Assembly: GCA_963798455.1 (NCBI GenBank)
Contig: CAWCTD010000004.1
Location: 170,708-234,707, forward strand
Direction of reading: 5' to 3'
Length of the DNA stretch: 64,000 nucleotides
Source: Bryobacterales bacterium
GTDB taxonomy: Bacteria > Acidobacteriota > Terriglobia > Bryobacterales > Bryobacteraceae
Under the pieces are notes generated by a model. It made no database searches, was not told where the DNA came from, and was given only the letters and a program-made list of their open reading frames with translations. Of the stretch, positions 27,907 to 37,847 are shown piece by piece. The translations under genes were made by a program, and so were the position numbers. Positions within the stretch are counted from its first letter, which is position 1, and every line of letters begins with the position of its first letter.

Positions 27907-30618
27907 TCAGGCAACCGCCAGCGTCACGTTGGGCTGAGAAGCCGCAGCGCCCGCGCGCAGAAGCACGGGCAGGGCGGGTCCAGGGGCAGCGCCCATCGGA
28001 ATCCGCACGCCGCACAGGAGGACGCCGGCCAAATCTCCGGTCATTGCCGTGGTGGACTCCACGTTAGCGGCGAGGCCACCGACGGTCGCGGTCAGTGCCG
28101 GCGGAGCCCCGGCGCGGCCCGCGCCAGTGATGAAGAGAGTGACCAGGCTCCCACGCACTGTGGGATTGGCCGCACTCACCAGTTTCCCGGCGCTGTCTTG
28201 CGCCAAGGCGGGTCCAGCGCCCGTGCCATCCTCAGTGAAGAGGCCGGGCGCGCTCTCGGCTGTTTCCAATTCCAGCTCCTCGGTGACTTGTCCCTGGTAG
28301 TCGATGGTCAGCCGCGCGCTGCTGCCGGCACTCACGCCGTCCGGGACCCGCGCATAGATCTGGTTCGACTGCACGTACAAGAGGGGCGCCTCAGCGCCGT
28401 CGAAGAGGACCCGGACACCCGCGAGGTCGGAACCCGCGGCCAGGCCTTCTTCCGGGCCGAGGCCGGCGCCGAAGATGGTGATCAGTTCGCCCGGCGCCAC
28501 CGGTCCGGGCAGAAGACTGGCGGCATTGACCACGTTGGCGCTCAGCAGACGGTTCTGCGCCGGCGCTTGAAGGTCAATGACGCGGAGCAGGCGGCCGCGG
28601 AGGGCATCGAACATCGACACCGAATCCGACCTCGAGTTGACGGTGAAGAAGAAACGGCCGTCGGGCGAACAGGTGCTGTCGGATTGAAAATAGCCGCGCG
28701 CGTTGATCAGGTTCAGCAGCCACCGTTTCGCCGACAGGTCGTAGGTGAAGACCTGGTGCGAGTCGCCGCTGGCCACCAGCAGGCGGTTGCCGGCGCAGAA
28801 CCGGATGCCGCTGAGGGCAGTGGCTGACCAGCCGCTCTGGCGGTTGATCTGGTCATAGACGTCCGCCGGGCGGAGCATGTCCAGCAGTTGATCGGAGTCC
28901 ATGTCGAGACGGAACACCCGCATGAAGCCGGTAATATAAGCGACGCGGTTCACGACATCGAAGACGCCATCGCAGAATCCAGTGCTGCCGTGTTCCCAGG
29001 TCCTCGGAGCAAGGACGATTTCGGTCCGGCTCTCCCAGGTAAGGGGATCGTATATTCGGATATGCGCGGGCCCCTGCATACCGCCGAAGGTGACGTATGC
29101 TTTGTTCCCTTCGGGCGATAGTATGACGCGGTGTCCCACCGACATGGTAGGCATGGGGATGATCTTGCGAGGCTTCCCCGAAGCGGCGTCCACCACCACG
29201 AGGTTCACCACGCCGGCGGCAGAGTCGAAGTCCAGAAAGGCGACAGCGTCCCCGACAGGCGTCCCGCACTTTGGGTTGAAGTTGCGGCCATAGCTAACCT
29301 CGCGGACGACCGTCTCCCGATCGGGGTCGTAGGTGGTGATCCGGTCGGGCTTGAGGTAGTGCAGCAGGCCGCCGGAAAAGAAACCGCGGTTGTTAGGGCC
29401 GGAAGGACCCTTGATTTCGCGCGTCGCGCCGGTTCGCATATCGATCCGGAAAAGCCGTCCCGGCGCCTGGCCGCCGCCCACGAAGGTGCGCCATCCGTCC
29501 GTGGCGAACGTGTACGGGACAATGTTGTTGGGGGGGGTGAAGCGCCAGGATGCCACCTGCTCGCCGCTGGTGAGGTCCACCGCGCGCATTTCGCTGCGAT
29601 CGCCTTCGGTGTAGTAGGCGATGCGGGGATCGGTGGGGTTGAGCGCGATCGCCCGCAGGTCGGAACAATTGTCGAAGAACATCTGCCGGGTTACCGCGCG
29701 CGAAGGGATGTCCCATTCGGTGACCGGCAGCCGGTTGGGCGAAGCCCCGGACCAGAAGCCGATGGTGTAGATGCGGCGGGTGTCCTCACGCAAGACGAAA
29801 TCGGTGACGCCGTAGTCGATGTCGCAGGAGGCGGTCACCTCCAGGGTCTTGAGATCGACGACGTAAAGCTTTCCGTAGCCCCGGTCATTCGATACCGTAC
29901 ACGTGCCGATGTAGCCGATGTCCTCCTGCGCGGAGAGGATCAGGCGGGCTTGACCGCCGGCATGCCAAACTTCGTACGGAAGACTGCGATCGAGCAAGAC
30001 CGCGCCGTCGGTGACGCGGTAGCGGATCAGTCCCTGTTCCTGCTTGCTGCCACAACGCTCGCCGTAAGCGTAGATCACGCCCGGTTCGCGCTGCGATGCC
30101 GCCACCGCCCGGAAGCAGATGCCGCCGGCGGGCATGCGGCGGAAGGAGTTGTCGGCCACAGTGATTTCATAGAGGTCGACGCCGGCAACGTAGACCTTGG
30201 ACCCGTCCGGCAGGCAGGTCATGCAACCGAAGGAACTCGGGGGAATCGCCAGGACGCCGCGCACCCGTTTGCCGGCTGCGTCGATGGAGAGTATATTTTG
30301 TGTCCCATTGTTGGCGACGTAAAGGTTGTGGGCGTCCGGGGTGAGCAGGACCTGCCCGGATGCGAGCATGGGCCCCGCGGAGGAGACGTTGTAGGCACCC
30401 ATGGCGCCGCTGGCGAGATCGACCTCGATGACTCCGTCGTCCATCGAGAAGGCGACGTACGCCGTACGGCCGTCGGGGCTGACGGCGAGCCCGAGCGAAG
30501 AGGGCGCCCAGCCGGAGATGAAAGGCTCGAGCGGCGCAGTCGTTGCGATGTTGGGCCGCAGGAGGTATGCGCCCACGAGCGCAAGCACCTCACGGCGCGA
30601 TGGTCCCGTATTGCTCAT
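27907..30618 (-). CDS. Tat-exported multi-bladed beta-propeller protein with a Solibacter-type C-terminal domain (TIGR03437-like)
   Basis: 903 aa with a twin-arginine signal (SRREVLALVGAYLL) and many YVTN/NHL-like repeats (DGRTAYVA, DGSKVYVAG, NKAYVTF...). The C-terminal ~200 aa (ANVVNAASLLPGPVAPGELITIFGAGLG...LYVQSNQIYARVPDG) is of the same domain type as the C-terminus of 9625..12132. Confidence 0.72.
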   Translation of the reverse strand: MSNTGPSRREVLALVGAYLLRPNIATTAPLEPFISGWAPSSLGLAVSPDGRTAYVAFSMDDGVIEVDLASGAMGAYNVSSAGPMLASGQVLLTPDAHNLYVANNGTQNILSIDAAGKRVRGVLAIPPSSFGCMTCLPDGSKVYVAGVDLYEITVADNSFRRMPAGGICFRAVAASQREPGVIYAYGERCGSKQEQGLIRYRVTDGAVLLDRSLPYEVWHAGGQARLILSAQEDIGYIGTCTVSNDRGYGKLYVVDLKTLEVTASCDIDYGVTDFVLREDTRRIYTIGFWSGASPNRLPVTEWDIPSRAVTRQMFFDNCSDLRAIALNPTDPRIAYYTEGDRSEMRAVDLTSGEQVASWRFTPPNNIVPYTFATDGWRTFVGGGQAPGRLFRIDMRTGATREIKGPSGPNNRGFFSGGLLHYLKPDRITTYDPDRETVVREVSYGRNFNPKCGTPVGDAVAFLDFDSAAGVVNLVVVDAASGKPRKIIPMPTMSVGHRVILSPEGNKAYVTFGGMQGPAHIRIYDPLTWESRTEIVLAPRTWEHGSTGFCDGVFDVVNRVAYITGFMRVFRLDMDSDQLLDMLRPADVYDQINRQSGWSATALSGIRFCAGNRLLVASGDSHQVFTYDLSAKRWLLNLINARGYFQSDSTCSPDGRFFFTVNSRSDSVSMFDALRGRLLRVIDLQAPAQNRLLSANVVNAASLLPGPVAPGELITIFGAGLGPEEGLAAGSDLAGVRVLFDGAEAPLLYVQSNQIYARVPDGVSAGSSARLTIDYQGQVTEELELETAESAPGLFTEDGTGAGPALAQDSAGKLVSAANPTVRGSLVTLFITGAGRAGAPPALTATVGGLAANVESTTAMTGDLAGVLLCGVRIPMGAAPGPALPVLLRAGAAASQPNVTLAVA

Positions 30619-31013
30619 TCGAAGAGGCCTTTCAGCGACTACTTATGCTCGAAACGTCTTGCCCGGGATTCCCTTTTTAGACCCCAAACTCCTGTCCAGT
30701 GTACACCAAGCCGCGTCAGCAATTCCGCGATGTCCCGCTCCAGGCTGTCGTTGGCGGGGATTCGAATCGCATACTTCTTGGGTGTTGACCTCCAGAGCGT
30801 CTTCGTCACGTTGAAACCCGCATGAATAAAGGCGTCAGAGGCAAGCAAGAGGTTATCAGTGACTACTCAAAACGGAAATGCGGGTTGCCTCGGACTGGCG
30901 GTGCTGGGCGCCCTCCTAGCCGTTCTTCTCATGCGGCCAGGTTGACGCACCACCTCCTCCATGCACGGCTGGATCGGAGGGGCTAGAATTGGCCGGAGAG
31001 GAATACTCCGTCT

Positions 31014-32987
31014 ATGACGCCCGACCCTACAACGCTGGTTACTGTCATCGCGGTCCTCGCGGTTCTGATCATCCTCCTCAGGTCGATCTACAGCATCGGT
31101 CCCACGCAGGTCGGATTGGTTCGCAAACGGTTCGGAGCCAAACTGCCCGGCGATAATCCCGTGGCATTTCGCGGGGAGGCAGGATACCAGGGCGAGATGC
31201 TGATGCCCGGCCTGCGATTCAAGCTGTGCTTGGTGTATGCCGTCACCAAACATCCCTGGGTACAGGTCCCGGCGGGCCAGATTGGCGTGGTGATTGCACA
31301 GGTCGGCGAGGCCCTGCCCATCGGCGCGAAGTCGGCTGTGTACAAGCCGGAATTCGGCAATTTCGCCAACCTCAAAGTCTTCATCGAAAAAGGCGGAGAG
31401 AAAGGTGTACAGCGCCCGGTGCTGCCTCCCGGCACGCTGGCGCCCATCCACCCGGTGGCCTTCCTGGTGATCACCAAGCCCGAAGTGTTCGGCGTCCCCT
31501 TCTCATCCGACCTGAGCGCGTTAGCTCGCAGCAAGGGCCGTCTCACGCATGAAGCCTTCGGGCTTGACCCCAAACAGCTCGAAGTCACCCGGATCTCACC
31601 GCGGCCGGCCGAGGGCGGAAGAGTGGCCGACATGGTCGGCATCGTCACGACCTTGGAGGGCCAGCCACTCCCTGCGGGCGACATCGCCAGCCGGCTCTGC
31701 GGCTTCGCGGACATCGCAGCCCTGGAGAGCGCTGCCGCACCCGCGCCGACCACGGACGCGCGGCTCATCGAGACCATCCTGGGCAGCCAGAACGACCGGC
31801 ACAATGCTTATCAGGATTTCCAGAAGTTCCTGGATCTGGGCGGAAAGATCGGGCTCCAGTACGATCCCCTGCTGTATGGCGCGTACAACCTCAATCCCTT
31901 CCTGGTCCGCGTGGAAGAAGTCCCCATGCTGGTCATCGAGCAGGGTCAGGTCGCCGTCATCAAGGCCTACGTCGGCCTGCCCACGCAGGACACTTCGGGC
32001 GCGGAGTTCAAGTTCGGGAGCCTGGTGCGGCCCGGGCATCGTGGCATCTGGCAGGAGCCGCTGCGGACGGGCAAGTATCCGATCAACCCGCGATGCTACC
32101 AGGCCGTCATCGTACCGACCTTCATCATCACGCTCAATTGGGCGGATGCTGTGTCGACGGCGCACAACCTCGACTCGCAGCTCAAGCAGATCGAAGCCAA
32201 GAGCAGCGAAGGCTTCTCCTTCGCCATCGACCTGCAGGTGCAGATTCACATCCCCGACACGCTGGCTCCGTACGTGATCTCCATGGTCGGCAGCGTGGCC
32301 AACCTGGTGAACGAAGTGTTGCAGGCAGCGGTTGGCAACCATTTCCGCAACAAGCTGCAAGGCATGCCCGCGGTAAAGTTCATCGCCAGCCGCGAAGCGG
32401 TCCAGCAAGGCGCGTTTGAGTACGTAAAGGAAGAACTGGCCAAGTACCGCGTGGAAACGCGCGGGGTGTACATCCAGGCGGTGGTGCTGCCGCAACTGCT
32501 GGTGGAAGTTCTGACGCAACGCGAAATCGCCAACCAGGAAGTGGAAACCTACAAGATGCAAAAGTCCGCGCAGGACCAGCGCACCGAAACGGAAAAGGCG
32601 AAAGGCACGGCGGACATGCAGGCTGATCTGGCCAAGTCCCAGGTCGGCGTGGAGATCCAGACCAACCGGACCGCCGCCCGGAAGATGGAAGCCCAGGGGG
32701 AGGCCACGTTCATCGAGCAGACCGGAGCCGCGCAGGGAGCGCAGGTCAGATCCGTGGGCCTGGCGAGAGCCGAGGCCTACGCCAGGCAGGTTGCGGCTCT
32801 GGGGGCGAACGCGACCGCGCTGGTCAACGCTGTCGAGGCCCTGTCCAAGAGCAGCGTCCCGTTCGTGCCCAACACGCTGGTGATGGGAGGATCCGACCGG
32901 GGTGGCGCACTGGATGGCCTCATCGCGCTGTTGATGCGTCAAGTCAACGCCGGGCTTGCGAAGGCCGAACCAAGGCCCGGGGCGTGA
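31014..32987 (+). CDS. SPFH/Band-7 (flotillin-like) membrane protein
   Basis: 657 aa with an N-terminal TM segment, an SPFH core, and a long EA-rich coiled-coil tail (KAKGTADMQADLAKSQVGVEIQ...). Confidence 0.75.
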   Translation: MTPDPTTLVTVIAVLAVLIILLRSIYSIGPTQVGLVRKRFGAKLPGDNPVAFRGEAGYQGEMLMPGLRFKLCLVYAVTKHPWVQVPAGQIGVVIAQVGEALPIGAKSAVYKPEFGNFANLKVFIEKGGEKGVQRPVLPPGTLAPIHPVAFLVITKPEVFGVPFSSDLSALARSKGRLTHEAFGLDPKQLEVTRISPRPAEGGRVADMVGIVTTLEGQPLPAGDIASRLCGFADIAALESAAAPAPTTDARLIETILGSQNDRHNAYQDFQKFLDLGGKIGLQYDPLLYGAYNLNPFLVRVEEVPMLVIEQGQVAVIKAYVGLPTQDTSGAEFKFGSLVRPGHRGIWQEPLRTGKYPINPRCYQAVIVPTFIITLNWADAVSTAHNLDSQLKQIEAKSSEGFSFAIDLQVQIHIPDTLAPYVISMVGSVANLVNEVLQAAVGNHFRNKLQGMPAVKFIASREAVQQGAFEYVKEELAKYRVETRGVYIQAVVLPQLLVEVLTQREIANQEVETYKMQKSAQDQRTETEKAKGTADMQADLAKSQVGVEIQTNRTAARKMEAQGEATFIEQTGAAQGAQVRSVGLARAEAYARQVAALGANATALVNAVEALSKSSVPFVPNTLVMGGSDRGGALDGLIALLMRQVNAGLAKAEPRPGA

Positions 32988-33150
32988 CCGCATCCGCCTA
33001 CACCTGCTAGCATGGGAGGTTGTCAGGCTCTGGGCTTCGTGCAACGGGCGGCCGCAAACCCCGCCAGGTCCGGAAGGAAGCAACGGTAGTGGTTTAGCAC
33101 GTGTGCCGCGGATCACCCGGGGCCTGGCATTTCTTCGATCGCCAGCCCTC

Positions 33151-34685
33151 ATGTACCAGGTCATCGCCAGGAAATACAGGCCGCAGAACTTCGCCGAGCT
33201 GGTCAGCCAGGAGCACGTCAAGACCACGCTCGAGAACGCCATCCTCCAGAACCGGATCGCGCACGGCTACATCTTCTCGGGGCAGCGCGGCACGGGAAAG
33301 ACGAGCGTCGCCCGCATCCTGGCGCGCTGCCTGAACTGCGTCGAAGGTCCCACGGCAACCCCCTGCGGCGTCTTGCGCAAGCTGCCTCGAGATCGCCGCC
33401 GGCAACACGGTGGACGTCATCGAGATCGACGCTGCCTCCAACCGCGGCATCAACGAGATGCGCGAACTGCGGGAGAACGTGCGCTACCGGCCCGCCCGCG
33501 ACCGCTACAAGGTCTTCATCGTCGACGAGGCGCACCAGATCACCAGCGAGGCGTTCAACGCTTTGTTGAAGACGCTCGAAGAACCGCCGGAGTGGGTCGT
33601 GTTCGTGCTCTGCACCACCGAGGCGCACAAGATCCCCGCCACCATCGCCTCGCGCTGCCAGCACTTCAGCTTTCGCTCGGTCGATTTCGAGGACGTAGTG
33701 GCAGGATGGAGTGGATCTGCGGCCAGGAGGGGATACAGGCAGACGCGGAGGTGCTGGCGGTGCTGGCCCAGGCCGGCGAGGGCAGCGTGCGCGATTCGCT
33801 TTCCGCTCTGGACCAGGCCATCGCTTGCTGCGGCAGCGAGCTGAAGGCGGCCGAGGTGCGCGCACTGCTGGGCGCCTTTTCGCTCGATTCCCTGCAACAG
33901 GTAACCGAGGCCCTGGCTTCGTCCGACTCCCGGCGGATGCTCGAAGTGGTGGCGGACATGGAACGCAACGGCCACAACTTGCAGCAATTCTGCCGTGAAT
34001 TGGCCGCGATACTTCCGCAACCTGATCGTGGCCAAGATCGCAGGCAAGGAAACCCGGTCTGATCGCCGCTTCTCCCGGCGAGCGCGAGCGCCTGGCCCAG
34101 ATCGCGGCCGGCTTCACCGAAGAGGATCTCACGCGGTATCTTCACCTGGCGCTCGGCCTCTACGGCGACTTGCAGCGATCCACTCAGCCACGGCTGCACA
34201 TGGAGATCGGGCTGCTGCGAATGGTCCAGGCCGGCAAACTGCTTCCCATCGAAGAGGCGCTCTCGATGATCGGGGGAACGCCCGCTCCCAAAGGCTCGCC
34301 GCAGCAGTCGAAACCGCAAAGCGCGCCGAGCGGCTGGCAGGGAAAACTTCAGCGCGCTTTCACCGATCTGAAGATGCCCTACTCGGCGGACGCGATTCAG
34401 CATTCGCAAGTCACCGAGAGCCCCGAGGGCTTGAAGATCGAGTCGCCTGCGGATTTCAAGCTTGCCTTGCGCAAGGCCGAGCTTCAGAAGGCGCTACAGC
34501 ACCTGGGAGAGGCAGGCATGAAGTTCTCTATCGCCTATGTGGAGGGAGGGCCGGTCGCGGCCGCGGGACCGGCGCTCGAGGGAGACGAGGAACTCACCCG
34601 TCGCGCCCTCTCCCATCCGGAGGTCCAGCGATTTCGCGAGACGCTCGGGGGGCAGGTCCGCACGGTCCGGGATTTGAAAGAATAG
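33151..34685 (+). pseudogene. dnaX: DNA polymerase III subunit gamma/tau; the reading frame is broken by four single-nucleotide indels
   Basis: The conserved DnaX sequence ([67 protein letters not shown]..) is only recovered by switching frames. The shifts are +1 at ~33373 (extra t), -1 at ~33702/33703, +1 at ~34006 (extra g) and +1 at ~34058 (extra t). The ORF track shows the pieces as 32956..34062(+), 33410..33844(+), 33995..35008(+) and 34170..34685(+). Confidence 0.8.
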
Positions 34686-34699
34686 GCTCAGGAGCACCC

Positions 34700-35008
34700 A
34701 TGAAACTACCCGGCAACATGCAGGCGATGATGAAGCAGGCCCAAGATATGCAGCAGCGCCTCCAAAACGAGATCGCGCAGGTTCGCGTGGAGGCCTCCGC
34801 GGGCGGCGGCATGGTCACTGTCCAGATGAGCGGCCAGAAGAATGTACTGGGGGTCAAGATCGATCCCGAGGTCGCCGGCGATGTGGAAATGCTGCAAGAC
34901 ATGGTCATGGCAGCCTGCAACGAGGCCTCCAAGAAGGTGGATGAGGCTATCCAGCAGAAGACCAGCGGCTTGCTGGGCGGGCTGGGTCTGCCTCCTGGTT
35001 TGTTCTAG
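34700..35008 (+). CDS. ybaB: nucleoid-associated protein YbaB/EbfC
   Basis: 103-aa product MKLPGNMQAMMKQAQDMQQRLQNEIAQ...VTVQMSGQKNVLGVKIDP. AGGAGCA RBS. Classic position between dnaX and recR. Confidence 0.9.
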   Translation: MKLPGNMQAMMKQAQDMQQRLQNEIAQVRVEASAGGGMVTVQMSGQKNVLGVKIDPEVAGDVEMLQDMVMAACNEASKKVDEAIQQKTSGLLGGLGLPPGLF

Positions 35009-35011
35009 CTT

Positions 35012-35611
35012 ATGCCTGACTTCGCCGAGCCACTCGCGCGGCTCATACAGGAATTCAAGCGGCTTCCCGGCATCGGACAAAAGTCGGCTCAACGGCTCGC
35101 CTTCCATGTCCTGCGCGGAACCAGGGAAGATGCCCAGCGGCTGGTCGAGGCCGTTCTGGACGTCAAGAACAAGCTGGGGCTGTGCCCGGTGTGCAACAAC
35201 ATCAGCGAAAGCGATCTGTGCCCCTTCTGTCTGGATCCTCACCGCGACCGGGCGGTCATCTGCGTGGTCGAGGAGCCCCACAGTATCATTCCGGTGGAGA
35301 CCACGCGGCAGTTCCAGGGCCTGTACCACGTGCTGCACGGCGCCATATCTCCGCTGCGCGGGGTTGGACCGGATCAGTTGAAGATCAAGAATCTGCTCGA
35401 ACGTCTTGAGGGTTCCGAGGTGCGGGAGATCATCCTGGCCACCAACCCCAACGTGGAAGGGGAAGCGACCGCGGCCTACCTGGCACGCCTCCTGAAGCCG
35501 CTGGGCCTAAAGGTGACGCGCATCGCCATGGGCATCCCCGTGGGCAGCGACCTGGAGTTCGCCGACGAAGTGACTATGACCAAGTCCCTGGAGAACCGGC
35601 GCGAACTGTAG
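35012..35611 (+). CDS. recR: recombination protein RecR
   Basis: 199 aa with an HhH motif ([15 protein letters not shown]), a C4 zinc finger ([16 protein letters not shown]) and a Toprim domain. Confidence 0.95.
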   Translation: MPDFAEPLARLIQEFKRLPGIGQKSAQRLAFHVLRGTREDAQRLVEAVLDVKNKLGLCPVCNNISESDLCPFCLDPHRDRAVICVVEEPHSIIPVETTRQFQGLYHVLHGAISPLRGVGPDQLKIKNLLERLEGSEVREIILATNPNVEGEATAAYLARLLKPLGLKVTRIAMGIPVGSDLEFADEVTMTKSLENRREL

Positions 35612-35632
35612 GGACTTGCGCGTCGCGAGACT

Positions 35633-36724
35633 CTACAGCGCGTCGACGATGGCCGCGGTCATTTCCCGTGTCGTGGCCGCGCCCCCCATGTCGGGGGTCC
35701 GCACTCCGCCCTTCCGGATCACGGCAGCGACGGCCTGCTCGATCTGCAGCGCCATGGGCGCCTCGCCGAGCCATTCCAGCATCATCTTCGCCGCCAGGAT
35801 GGAGGCGATGGGGTTCACCGTGCTGTGACCGGCCATGCTGGGGGCCGAGCCGTGTGTCGGCTCAAAGACCGCGTACTTGAGCCCGATGTTGCCGCTGTAA
35901 CCGAAGCCCACGCCCCCGACCAGTTGTGTGCACACGCTGGACAAAATGTCGCCAAACAGGTTGGTGGTCACAATCACATCGAAGTCCTCGGGGTTCTTCA
36001 GCAGGTAGAAGCAAGCCGCATCGATGCGGATATCTTCGAATGCAATCTGCGGGTAGTGTGACGCTACTTCTTTGGCCTGTTCGAGAAACAGGCCGCAGGT
36101 GGCGCGCAGGACGTTGGCCTTGTGGATGGCGGTCACCTTGCGCCGCTGGTTGCGCATGGCGTACTCGAAGGCCGCGCTCACGATGCGCCGCGAACCCTCC
36201 CGCGTGACGCTCCTCACGGAGATGGCCGCGTTGGGAGGCACGCGGGCCATCGCCGGCTCCTCGAACAGCCGTTCCGGAACGCGCGCGAACTCCACCCCGA
36301 TGTACATGCCCTCGGTGTTCTCCCGGAACACAACGATGTCCGTGATGTCGCGATAATTGAGGGGATTGCCAGGAAACGCCTTGCAGGGCCGCAGGCAGAC
36401 ATAGAGGTCGAGCAACTGCCGCATGCTCACGATGGGGCTTCGGTAGGCCAGGCGCCGGCCCTGGAACTCCGGGGCGAGCTCACGCTCCTCCTCCGATACG
36501 GGTTTGGACGTGATGGCGCCGAAGAATGCGCAGTCCGTGGAGCGCAAGAGCTTGATGGTGCGCTCCGGAAGAGGGTCCCCTTCCTTCCTCCAGAACTCCC
36601 AACCTACGTCGCCGTGGATGTAGTCGGCTTCAAAGCCGGCGGCGTCGAGCACGACTCGCGCGGCTTCGCAAATCTCCGGGCCGATACCGTCTCCCGGCAG
36701 CCAGGCGATCCGATGTCTGGACAT
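35633..36724 (-). CDS. isocitrate/3-isopropylmalate dehydrogenase family protein
   Basis: Start set at MSRHRIAWLPGDGIGPEI (the ORF is open to 36823). Family motifs: NLFGDILSD-like (NLFGDILSSV), GSAPDIAG-like (GSAPSMAG). Confidence 0.8.
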   Translation of the reverse strand: MSRHRIAWLPGDGIGPEICEAARVVLDAAGFEADYIHGDVGWEFWRKEGDPLPERTIKLLRSTDCAFFGAITSKPVSEEERELAPEFQGRRLAYRSPIVSMRQLLDLYVCLRPCKAFPGNPLNYRDITDIVVFRENTEGMYIGVEFARVPERLFEEPAMARVPPNAAISVRSVTREGSRRIVSAAFEYAMRNQRRKVTAIHKANVLRATCGLFLEQAKEVASHYPQIAFEDIRIDAACFYLLKNPEDFDVIVTTNLFGDILSSVCTQLVGGVGFGYSGNIGLKYAVFEPTHGSAPSMAGHSTVNPIASILAAKMMLEWLGEAPMALQIEQAVAAVIRKGGVRTPDMGGAATTREMTAAIVDAL

Positions 36725-36797
36725 AGAAGCTCCCGCAAAGGCCCGCCGTTGCCGCGCCCCTGCGACTTGCCCCCCAATGATAGTACAACCCGCCTGC

Positions 36798-37778
36798 TCA
36801 GTAGCCTTTCCCGCGATCGACAAGGTTCAGCAGGGACTCGCCAGCGACAAAGCGCCGGAGGTTCTCGGCGAACAGCGCCACCAGCCGGATCTGGCGATCC
36901 GGACCCCATCCGGAAGTGTGCGCGGTCATGACCACGTTCGGGCAGTCGAAGATCGGGTGTTCGGGCGGGGGCGGCTCCTCGGGGAACACGTCCAAACCCG
37001 CGCCCGCGATCCAGCCCTCTTTCAGGGCCTTCACCAGGGCCATGTCGTCGAAGAGCTTGCCGCGCGAGAGGGCCAGGAAATACGCGGTCCTCTTCATCCG
37101 CCGGAAGACCTCCTGGTTGAACATGCGCTCAGTGGCCGGGGTGAGGGGAGCGGCGGCCACGAGCACATCCACTTGCGCCGCCATCTCCATAAACCAGGAC
37201 GGATCGCGGAGTTCCTCAACGTACTCAGGCTTCACCTCCGCTTTGTCGGTCGTGCCGACCACCTTCATTTCGAAGCCGTAGTGGGCCTTCCGGGCCAGAG
37301 CCTTGCCGATGCCGCCCATGCCCGCGATCCCCATGGTTCGCCCGGCCAATTCGGAGTGGTGGTCCGATTTCATCGTCCCCACCGGGTTCATGCTGCGCTT
37401 GAGGAACTGCGGAATGTAGTACTTGCTGATACCCCGGGTCAGGCAGAGGAGCATCCCCAGCGCCGTCTCCGCGATGGCGGGAGCGAATGTGCCGGAGTAG
37501 TTGGTCATTGGGACCGGGCACTTCAGCACAGCTTCATCCACATGGTCGAGGCCCGCCGCACCGGCCTGAATCCACTTCAGCCTGGGAGCCAGCGCCAGGT
37601 CCTCGGCGCGCAGGTCGCCGTAAACCACATCGGCGACCGGGAGTTGGCGGTGGAATTCCTCTCTTGTCCCGCACAGAGCGATCTCGGCGGCCCCTGGCGG
37701 GAGTCCCGCCTGGATGCGGGCAACCTCTTCCGGCTCAAAAGGATACATCGTGACCACGCGCAACGGTTCTTGGCTCAT
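36798..37778 (-). CDS. D-isomer-specific 2-hydroxyacid dehydrogenase family protein (NAD-binding)
   Basis: Start set at MSQEPLRVVTMYPF (the ORF is open to 38030). GxGxxG NAD motif (GIAGMGGIGKALA) and a catalytic His/Glu/Arg pattern (MTAHTSG). Confidence 0.78.
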   Translation of the reverse strand: MSQEPLRVVTMYPFEPEEVARIQAGLPPGAAEIALCGTREEFHRQLPVADVVYGDLRAEDLALAPRLKWIQAGAAGLDHVDEAVLKCPVPMTNYSGTFAPAIAETALGMLLCLTRGISKYYIPQFLKRSMNPVGTMKSDHHSELAGRTMGIAGMGGIGKALARKAHYGFEMKVVGTTDKAEVKPEYVEELRDPSWFMEMAAQVDVLVAAAPLTPATERMFNQEVFRRMKRTAYFLALSRGKLFDDMALVKALKEGWIAGAGLDVFPEEPPPPEHPIFDCPNVVMTAHTSGWGPDRQIRLVALFAENLRRFVAGESLLNLVDRGKGY

Positions 37779-37847
37779 GTTTCCTTGGCCCATTATCGCC
37801 TGTGTGCTACCCTGAAAGTGCAATACGTCAGGAGGAGCAGAGTTTCT

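Noticed and set aside
30750-30790. tRNA-like T-arm sequence ggcggggattcgaatcgc
   Set aside because: No acceptor stem or anticodon arm can be folded around it. It is a chance GGGATTCGAAT occurrence.
33373-34058. Possibility that the dnaX frame changes are programmed ribosomal frameshifts (tau/gamma type)
   Set aside because: The known programmed -1 site lies after the AAA+ module at a slippery A-AAA-AAG heptamer. Here there are four changes of mixed sign inside the N-terminal ATPase region with no slippery motifs.
36777-37847. Upstream part of the 504-aa plus-strand ORF
   Set aside because: It is antisense to the D-2-hydroxyacid dehydrogenase gene. Only the part from 37848, which has an RBS and a signal peptide, is the skp gene.
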